Assembly (NCBI GenBank): GCA_963828465.1
Contig: CAWHEU010000022.1
Coordinates: 128,001 to 192,000, forward strand
Direction: 5' to 3'
From: an uncultured Acidobacteriota bacterium
GTDB taxonomy: Bacteria; Actinomycetota; Acidimicrobiia; Spongiisociales; ZC4RG35
Length of the DNA: 64,000 nucleotides
Made by a program: the position numbers and the translations under genes
Part shown: positions 57,366 through 64,000 of the stretch, one piece after another
Layout of the letters: each line of letters begins with the position of its first letter
How positions within the stretch are numbered: position 1 is the first letter of the stretch
Notes under the pieces: model-generated
What the model saw: only the letters and a program-made list of their open reading frames with translations
Database searches by the model: none
What the model was told of the DNA's origin: nothing

Positions 57366-58792
57366 GCCTCCATCACCCCTTCATCGATGGGAAGCCGACA
57401 GCCGGCTCTGCGGGCGAGTTTGCGATTCACAACCCGGCGACCGGGGGGGAGATCGGGACGGTCAGCCGGGCCTCCTCCGACGAGGTCGATCGGGCGGTCC
57501 GGGTAGCCCGGGAGAGATACGACGAAGGGGAGTGGCGCAAGGCCACGGTGCGCCGCCGTCGCGACGTCTTCCGGGGCATCGCCGATCTGATCCGAAGGGA
57601 CCAGGAGCGCCTTGCCGCACTGGAATCGGAGAATGCCGGCAAGCCGATCGCCGCCGCCCGAGGCGAGGTCGGTGCGGTGGCCACGACCTTCGACTTCTAC
57701 GCCGGGGCGGTAGACAAGTTCCACGGCCAGACGATCCCCGGGAACGCCGACGGGACCCTGATGACGTTTCGGGAGCCGATCGGTGTCTGTGCCGCCATCA
57801 CGCCATGGAACTTCCCGATGCTCATCCTGAGTTGGAAGGCGGCTCCGGCTCTGGCGATGGGGAACTCGATTGTTGTCAAGCCGGCCGAGGTGACACCGCT
57901 GACGGCCTTGGCGCTGGCCGAGCTCGCCATCGAGGCCGGGCTACCTACGGGGGTGTTCAACGTGGTCACGGGCAAAGGCTCCGAGGCTGGCGATGCCCTC
58001 GTTCGGCACCCGCTCGTGAGCAAGATCTCCTTCACCGGATCGACCGAGGTCGGGGCGGGAGTGATGGCGGCAGCGGCCCCGGACATCAAGCGGGTCTCCC
58101 TCGAGTTGGGGGGGAAGTCGGCCTCGATCGTCTTCGCCGATGCCGACCTCGACACTTGTGTCGAATCTTCGATTTTCGCCGTCTATGACAACGCCGGCCA
58201 GGACTGCTGCGCCCGGAGCCGCATCCTGGTGGAGAAGGAGATCTATGAGGAATTCACGAGTCGTTTCGCTGAGCGTTCGGCGTCACTCGTGGTCGGGGAC
58301 ACCGCCGACGAGGCGACGGAGATGGGTCCGTTGATCACACCCGCCCAGAGGGAGTCGGTCGAGAGCTACATCCAGGTCGGGGTCGACGAAGGGGCCGAAC
58401 TGGTCTGCGGCGGCGAGCGGGTGGGCAAAGCAGGCAACTTCCTCTCGCCAACGGTTTTCACCGGAGCTTCGTCGAGCATGCGGATCGTCCAAGAGGAGAT
58501 ATTCGGCCCGGTTGTGGCGATCAGCGCTTTCGACGGGGAGGAGGAGGCCATCGATCTCGCCAATGACTCGAGATACGGGCTCTCCGGGTCGATCTGGACG
58601 CGGGACATCGGTCGCGCCCTCCGCGTCGCCCGCGCAGTCGAAACCGGGATGCTCTCCATCAACTCCTCCTCCAGTGTCCATATCGAGGCGCCCTTTGGCG
58701 GGGTCAAGGCGTCAGGTATCGGCCGGGAGCAGGGCATGGCCGCCCTCGAGCACTACTCCGAGTACAAGTCCGTCTTCATCGCCAACGACTGA
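57362..58792 (+). CDS. aldehyde dehydrogenase
   Basis: PWNFP, FTGS, LELGGKS, GQDCCARS and EEIFGP. Confidence 0.94.
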   Translation: MSLHHPFIDGKPTAGSAGEFAIHNPATGGEIGTVSRASSDEVDRAVRVARERYDEGEWRKATVRRRRDVFRGIADLIRRDQERLAALESENAGKPIAAARGEVGAVATTFDFYAGAVDKFHGQTIPGNADGTLMTFREPIGVCAAITPWNFPMLILSWKAAPALAMGNSIVVKPAEVTPLTALALAELAIEAGLPTGVFNVVTGKGSEAGDALVRHPLVSKISFTGSTEVGAGVMAAAAPDIKRVSLELGGKSASIVFADADLDTCVESSIFAVYDNAGQDCCARSRILVEKEIYEEFTSRFAERSASLVVGDTADEATEMGPLITPAQRESVESYIQVGVDEGAELVCGGERVGKAGNFLSPTVFTGASSSMRIVQEEIFGPVVAISAFDGEEEAIDLANDSRYGLSGSIWTRDIGRALRVARAVETGMLSINSSSSVHIEAPFGGVKASGIGREQGMAALEHYSEYKSVFIAND

Positions 58793-58812
58793 CGGTGCGC
58801 CAGAATGGCGGC

Positions 58813-59520
58813 GTGAAACTGGGTCTTCTCGTATGCGATCACGTTCGCCCCGAGTTCGAGCACATCTCGGGGGATTATCCGGACATGTTTCGGAGGTTGT
58901 TCGCCGGCCATCCCGAGGTGGAGATCGTCGTCTACGACGTCATCGGGGGCGATATGCCCGCCGACCCGAGGGAGTGCGACGCCTGGATTACGACCGGGTC
59001 GCGTTACTCGGTCAACGACGATGAGTCATGGATCCGCGACCTGGAGCAGTTCGTCCGCGAGGTCGCGAACGAGCAGGTTCCATTCGTCGGTGTCTGCTTC
59101 GGCCACCAACTCATCGCCAAGGCCCTCGGTGGCACCGTGGTCAAGTCAGAACGCGGGTGGGGAGTGGGTGCCAAAGAGGTGGAGGTGAGGGGAGACCTAG
59201 GACTCGGTCCTTCCTACATTGTCCTGACCTCACACCAGGATCAGATCGAGGATCTGCCGCCGGGCGCCGAGATCCTGGGGTGGAACGAGCACTGCCCGGT
59301 ATCGATGATTGGCGTGGGCGAGAACATGATCGGGATCCAGGGGCACCCCGAGTTCGAGGCGGCCTATTCAGAGGCGTTGATGGAGTCGCGCCGGGGCGCC
59401 CTGATCCCGGAAGCGACTGCGGACGAGGGCCTGGCCTCGCTCGACGGCACCACCAACGGCGACCTTCTGGTCGACTGGATCCTGCGGCGATTCAGCTCAG
59501 ATGTGAATCGATCAAACTGA
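58813..59520 (+). CDS. type 1 glutamine amidotransferase-like protein (putative gamma-glutamyl hydrolase)
   Basis: ITTGS, GVCFGHQ, SHQDQ and QGHPE catalytic triad motifs. Confidence 0.9.
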   Translation: MKLGLLVCDHVRPEFEHISGDYPDMFRRLFAGHPEVEIVVYDVIGGDMPADPRECDAWITTGSRYSVNDDESWIRDLEQFVREVANEQVPFVGVCFGHQLIAKALGGTVVKSERGWGVGAKEVEVRGDLGLGPSYIVLTSHQDQIEDLPPGAEILGWNEHCPVSMIGVGENMIGIQGHPEFEAAYSEALMESRRGALIPEATADEGLASLDGTTNGDLLVDWILRRFSSDVNRSN

Positions 59521-62500
59521 GGATCCCATGCCAGCCCCGCTCGGTAGCGATGGACCGAGCGGTCGTCAGATACTCCGCCCGCTTGTCCGGGGTGGTGAAC
59601 GGCGCCGCGATCACCGAGAACCGGACCACGTCGGCGACTGATCCCCATCCTTTCCGTCGAGCGATGATGGCGTCGATCTCCCGGGTGTCGACAGGCCCGT
59701 CGACGGCAGCGGCGAGGATCTGGCACGTCGTGTGGTAGTCGCTGAAACGCGGCAGGTGCCGGTCGTAAAGAGGCGTCAACATGGCGAAGCGCGCCGCATC
59801 GCCGAGAAGGGCTGCGACGAAAAGTGAGTGACCAATCGTCTCGGAGACTTCGGCCCAGGTGGACTCCTCGAGTCTGTTGGCGGCCAGAGAAAACGCCTGT
59901 TCGAGCTCATCATTGGCTAGGGCCACGTTGAGGCTGGTATCCCGAATGGAATTCTGCGTCTGCGGATCGTCCACCTCGGATATCAGCCGGGTCATCTCGG
60001 CGTCGAGCCGTCCAACCCCTTCGATGTCTCCTCGCCAAGCCGCCATGACCAACTCTGCGTTTGCGGTGTAGACCCGCGCCGCCGGCGGTTGTTCCCTTGT
60101 GAGCGGGTTGGCCAGGACCTCCTCGGCCTTCTCGAACTCACCGATATCCACGAAGGTCATGGCCATCTGGCCAACGTGAAACAGCAGGAGAGAGCGATCG
60201 CCGAGACGTTGTGCGGTCCGATAGGCGTCTTCGGCTACAGCGAGGCTGGCTGCGTCGTCGAGGCCGAACAGGACATAGGCCAGGTTGCCCTGCCCTCGGG
60301 CGATGGAACTGCCCAAATGATGGTCTTCGGCCAAGGCGATGGCGCCCTCGAGGATGATCCTGGCCTCTGACAACCTCCCTACTTTGCCGAACTCCGTGCC
60401 TTTGGTGATCAAGGCATCGATGATCTCCGGCATGAATTCCAACTCTTCGACCGCAGCAAGGGCGCGATCTGCTACCTCAACAACGCCGGGCATCTGGTTC
60501 AGCATCAGGCCGCGGGCATATACAACGGCAGCGCGGGCGAGCTCCGGATCCGAGGCGAGGTCGCTTTCGACCAAGGGCCGAAGCAACTCGACTGCCCGTT
60601 CGGGCTGGTTGTTCTCGACCAATCCGAGGGCGAATTTTCTGCTCACCCTGGTCAGCGATACCTGGTTTCCTTGGGCGCGGTAGTGAGCCATGGCCAGAGC
60701 TGCGTAACGTTCCGTGCTCTCGAGGTTCGCCAATCGCCCAGCCGCCTCGATGACCATCTCCCAGAAGGGGACACGCGCATCGTCGTCGTCTGCGATCTCC
60801 AAAGCGGTCTCAGAGATCGAGATCACTTGCTGATGTGACTTGAGATCGGCGGCACGGGTCGCCGCCTGGACCATGGAGAGGAGGGCACGGTCCCGGATGA
60901 CGTCCCTGGCCTCACCCGCAGGGGAGGCTTCGAGAGCCTGCAGATAATGCCCGGCCACGATCCCGGCGAGCTCTGGGTCGTCCAGACTCTCCATGTACTC
61001 GGCGACGGCGAGATGACGGGCCCGTCTGTTCTCACGGCTCAGACGGCCGAGCGCTACATCGCGAATCAGCCCCTGGAGGAATCGGTACTGGCCCCGATCC
61101 GCCGAGCGGATGTCGCGGACCGGCTCGATCAGCTCCCTGCGGCTCAGTGACTGCAGTTGTCCCTCGAGGTCAGAGGCATCACGCCCGGTGAGAACCGCCA
61201 GACCGGTGACGTTGAAGGTCTGGCCGAGCACCGCGGCATCCTGGATCAATGCCCTCTCATCTGCACCTAGCCGGTCGAGCCTGGCCCCGATGACAGCCTG
61301 CAGCGATTCCGGGATCACCAGTTGGGCCAGGTCGCCGACAACTCGATAGTCCCCGGCCTCACCGGCCAGTTGTCCCTGTGCCAGCAGACCTCTCAACAGC
61401 TCCACTGCATAGAGAGGGATGCCGGCGGCTCGCTCGATAATGGCCTCGGCTGAATCCTGCGGAAGCCCGGGCACCGCACCATGCACCAACTCGAGCATGT
61501 CTTCTCTCGACATCGGGCCGAGGGTGACCGAGATGACACCTTGGCGACCGGCGCCCCAGGTTGGCTTCAGCTCGAGCAGGTCGGGGCGGGCCATGGTGAC
61601 GATGAGGATGGGTCGACCCCGCCACCAGTCGGTCAGGTCCTCGACGAAATCGATGAGGGCCGAATCCGCCCAGTGCAAGTCCTCGAAAACGAGCACCGTG
61701 GTTCCCTGATCAGCCACCGCCCCGAAGAATGCACGCACCGCGGCATCGAGCTCGGAACGATCCCCGGGCGCTTCGCCCTCGCCGAGCACCGCGGCCAGCC
61801 TCGGTCGCATCCAGGCACGATCGCCCGGGTCAGGGACGTAGGTATCGAGGGTCTCGTCCAGTCGGCGTGCGACTGTCTCATCGTCGTCGCCTTCGGCGAT
61901 TCCAGCGCGTCCCTTGATCATCTCCGAGATGGCCCAGAAAGTGACGCCCTCGCCATAGGCCAGGGACCGGCCCTCGTGCCAGTAGACGGTGTCCACCAAC
62001 CCATCGATGTACTTGAGGAACTCCCAGACCAGGCGCGACTTCCCGATGCCGGCTTCTCCGACCAGAGAGACAAGACGTGCCCTCGATTCGATTCCGACGA
62101 CGTCGAGAAGGTCCTTGAGCAGACGCAACTCGTTCGCTCGTCCAATGAAGGGAGGCTCGAGGGACTCGGCCTTGCCACGCCCGGCCCGCTCGGAGAGGAC
62201 TCTGGTGGCTTGCCAGGCCGCCACGGGCAGCGTCTTCCCCTTGAGTGCCTGAGGCCCGATAGCTTCGAAGGCGATGGATCGGAGAGCCGCCTGCTGGGTG
62301 CTCTCACCTACCAAGACCGTCCCGGATTCGGCGATCGCTTGGAGACGTGATGCGGTATTCACCAAGTCGCCGGTTACGAAGCCCATTCGATCGTCATTGG
62401 GGCCGACCGCTGCCTCACCGGTGTGCACCCCCACCCTCAACCCGAGGTCGGGTGCGCCAACGTCGGCGGAGAGCTTGGCCACGATGTCAATCAGCTCGAA

Positions 62501-62920
62501 ACCGGCTCGGATGGCGCGTTCGGCGTCATCCTCGGTCGCTGTCTCGGCACCCCACACGGCCATGACGGCGTCGCCGATGAACTTTTCGATAATCCCGCCG
62601 AACAGTTGGATCACTCGCCGGCTCTGATCGAAATAGCTCGTCTGGAAATCTCGCACTTCTTCGGCGTCGCGGCCCTCCGAGAACTGGGTGAACCCGGTGA
62701 GGTCGGCGAAGAGGACCGTGACGAGTCGGCGCTCAGCCGTGACTGCCGGGGCGGGCGAGATTTGCGCCGCCGGCAGCGATGTCCCGCAGTTTCCGCAGAA
62801 ATTCGTTCCCGGTTCGTTGGATGCGCCACAGTTCGAACAGGGGATGGCGAGAGGATTGCCACAGTTTCCGCAGAATCTGTTGCTGGCCGGGTTTTCGGTG
62901 TTACAGACGCTGCAGATCAC
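59492..62920 (-). CDS. class III adenylate/guanylate cyclase with double zinc ribbon, AAA/STAND ATPase and helical repeats
   Basis: Four CxxC motifs, FADLTGFT, KFIGDAVM, GDLVNTASRLQ, GEAGIGKSRL and EDLHWAD. GTG start at 62920 assumed. Confidence 0.92.
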   Translation of the reverse strand: MICSVCNTENPASNRFCGNCGNPLAIPCSNCGASNEPGTNFCGNCGTSLPAAQISPAPAVTAERRLVTVLFADLTGFTQFSEGRDAEEVRDFQTSYFDQSRRVIQLFGGIIEKFIGDAVMAVWGAETATEDDAERAIRAGFELIDIVAKLSADVGAPDLGLRVGVHTGEAAVGPNDDRMGFVTGDLVNTASRLQAIAESGTVLVGESTQQAALRSIAFEAIGPQALKGKTLPVAAWQATRVLSERAGRGKAESLEPPFIGRANELRLLKDLLDVVGIESRARLVSLVGEAGIGKSRLVWEFLKYIDGLVDTVYWHEGRSLAYGEGVTFWAISEMIKGRAGIAEGDDDETVARRLDETLDTYVPDPGDRAWMRPRLAAVLGEGEAPGDRSELDAAVRAFFGAVADQGTTVLVFEDLHWADSALIDFVEDLTDWWRGRPILIVTMARPDLLELKPTWGAGRQGVISVTLGPMSREDMLELVHGAVPGLPQDSAEAIIERAAGIPLYAVELLRGLLAQGQLAGEAGDYRVVGDLAQLVIPESLQAVIGARLDRLGADERALIQDAAVLGQTFNVTGLAVLTGRDASDLEGQLQSLSRRELIEPVRDIRSADRGQYRFLQGLIRDVALGRLSRENRRARHLAVAEYMESLDDPELAGIVAGHYLQALEASPAGEARDVIRDRALLSMVQAATRAADLKSHQQVISISETALEIADDDDARVPFWEMVIEAAGRLANLESTERYAALAMAHYRAQGNQVSLTRVSRKFALGLVENNQPERAVELLRPLVESDLASDPELARAAVVYARGLMLNQMPGVVEVADRALAAVEELEFMPEIIDALITKGTEFGKVGRLSEARIILEGAIALAEDHHLGSSIARGQGNLAYVLFGLDDAASLAVAEDAYRTAQRLGDRSLLLFHVGQMAMTFVDIGEFEKAEEVLANPLTREQPPAARVYTANAELVMAAWRGDIEGVGRLDAEMTRLISEVDDPQTQNSIRDTSLNVALANDELEQAFSLAANRLEESTWAEVSETIGHSLFVAALLGDAARFAMLTPLYDRHLPRFSDYHTTCQILAAAVDGPVDTREIDAIIARRKGWGSVADVVRFSVIAAPFTTPDKRAEYLTTARSIATERGWHGILSLIDSHLS

Positions 62921-63003
62921 GTTTGCGCACGTTACAGGTAACGGCGCGCTTGGCCGACGCCGGATATCATCCGTGCCGCGATCCATCGAGTGGAGGAGAC
63001 GTC

Positions 63004-63438
63004 TTGGCCACCAAGCAGGAGAGTTTGCAGTTGCTGGGTGGGGTGCCCTTCCTCAGCGATCTCAGCAAAAGAGATCTGAACAAGGTCATGGCCATCGCCA
63101 AGCCGACGGTTCACACCGAGGGCTCTGAGGTCATGACCGAGGGTCGCGGGGGAGTCGGCTTCCATTTGATCACTGACGGAAAGGCGAAGGTTCAACGGTC
63201 GGGCAGGACGGTGGCGACCCTTGGGCCCGGTGAGTTCTTCGGAGAGATGGCGTTGGTAGACGACGGCCCCCGGTCGGCCTCGGTATTGGCTGATACCGAC
63301 CTGACGACCCTCGTGATATCCAAATGGGAGTTCCGCCCCCTGGTGAAGTCCCATCCTGAGTTGGCCTGGAAGCTGATCGAGCACCTGGTGGTTCGGCTGC
63401 GGGAGGAGCAGACCGGTCGCGACTTGCTCGTCTGCTAG
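63004..63438 (+). CDS. stand-alone cyclic nucleotide-binding domain protein
   Basis: GGAGGAG then TTG; VPFLSDL and LGPGEFFGEMALVDDGPRSASV. No HTH. Confidence 0.9.
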   Translation: MATKQESLQLLGGVPFLSDLSKRDLNKVMAIAKPTVHTEGSEVMTEGRGGVGFHLITDGKAKVQRSGRTVATLGPGEFFGEMALVDDGPRSASVLADTDLTTLVISKWEFRPLVKSHPELAWKLIEHLVVRLREEQTGRDLLVC

Positions 63439-63995
63439 TCGACGTCGGACTCGGTCTCAACAGCAAGGTCGCCGCCCTCCCACCTCGCCCGAACCCGATA
63501 CTTGGCCGATTCGCTTTCGAACTCGACGTCCACATCGGGTGGTCCCTGCTTGTTGATTTTCGCTGAGAATCCCGTGGCGGGCGATGCTGAGCTCAGCACT
63601 ACCTCCTCGGGTCGATACCTGACCACCACGACGCCGCCTCCAGTTTGGATCGTTCGGGAGGACCAGGCCGCCTCGGTAGATGGCGGGGCAGAAGTCGATG
63701 GAGAGCTCGGGGAGGTCGGGGGGGAGGACGAGGACGAGAGGACCGTGCTCGTCGTGGACGAAGTGCTGCTGCTGGTGCTACTGCTCGATGAAGAACTGGG
63801 CGGCACCGCCGACGTGGTCGATTCCGAGGTGCTCGAGGCGGGGGCGACCTGAAGTGGCGGTCGGTCGCTCACCTGGGCGTCGGCGGCGCTGACGATCTGC
63901 CAGGTCAGCGTCGTCGCCAGGGCGGCGACGAGTACCCATGCGCCGGCGATGGTCCATTTGCTCACAGTCACATTGTCCCAGGAAGCCCGAACCAT
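63435..63995 (-). CDS. hypothetical membrane-anchored Ser/Thr-rich protein; start uncertain
   Basis: N-terminal TM helix, poly-Ser linker, small beta domain (GGVVVV...SASPATGF...VDVEFES). Confidence 0.75.
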   Translation of the reverse strand: MVRASWDNVTVSKWTIAGAWVLVAALATTLTWQIVSAADAQVSDRPPLQVAPASSTSESTTSAVPPSSSSSSSTSSSTSSTTSTVLSSSSSPPTSPSSPSTSAPPSTEAAWSSRTIQTGGGVVVVRYRPEEVVLSSASPATGFSAKINKQGPPDVDVEFESESAKYRVRARWEGGDLAVETESDVD

Positions 63996-64000
63996 CTCGT

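Noticed and set aside
5150-63438. Overlapping 3' ends of convergent genes (5150-5153, 36652-36663, 49394-49397, 59492-59520, 63435-63438)
   Set aside because: Common in compact high-GC genomes; no sign of a dedicated antisense system.
1-64000. tRNA, rRNA, CRISPR array, IS or prophage
   Set aside because: None recognised on reading, and no transposase, integrase or cas ORFs. A covariance-model scan was not possible.

Overview
High-GC (about 65% by eye) bacterial chromosome segment. It is probably actinobacterial, most likely Acidimicrobiia-like; this is inferred from pervasive leaderless genes, an F420-type PPOX, SLH proteins and Thr-rich lipoproteins. I recognised no rRNA, tRNA, CRISPR array or transposase. 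The left third holds mixed accessory genes: LLM oxidoreductase, TetR/MMPL/methyltransferase, rmuC, an XRE-cupin locus, lhgO, an M24 enzyme, a Vgb-like lipoprotein and an SLH protein. About 18-59.5 kb is a dense amine catabolism region. It contains a phytoene-desaturase-like flavoprotein plus a GcvT-like protein, an Opp-type ABC transporter, solA, two Rieske oxygenases, a CocE hydrolase, an amine oxidase, ALDHs, acyl-CoA enzymes, a class III aminotransferase, two polyamine-type ABC transporters and a GlnA4-type gamma-glutamylation cluster. Best leads: (1) a free-standing, highly structured ~190-nt candidate ncRNA at 1331-1520, with GNRA/UUCG tetraloop hairpins and a terminator; (2) a 16-bp palindrome CTGAAY-N4-RTTCAG found at seven promoter regions over 34 kb, including next to a BetI-like TetR gene, suggesting an undescribed catabolic regulon; (3) a WYL regulator with a perfect operator facing an unknown 64-aa protein, sitting between the separated parts of a pot transporter. 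Four genes carry single frameshifts, most likely assembly indels.
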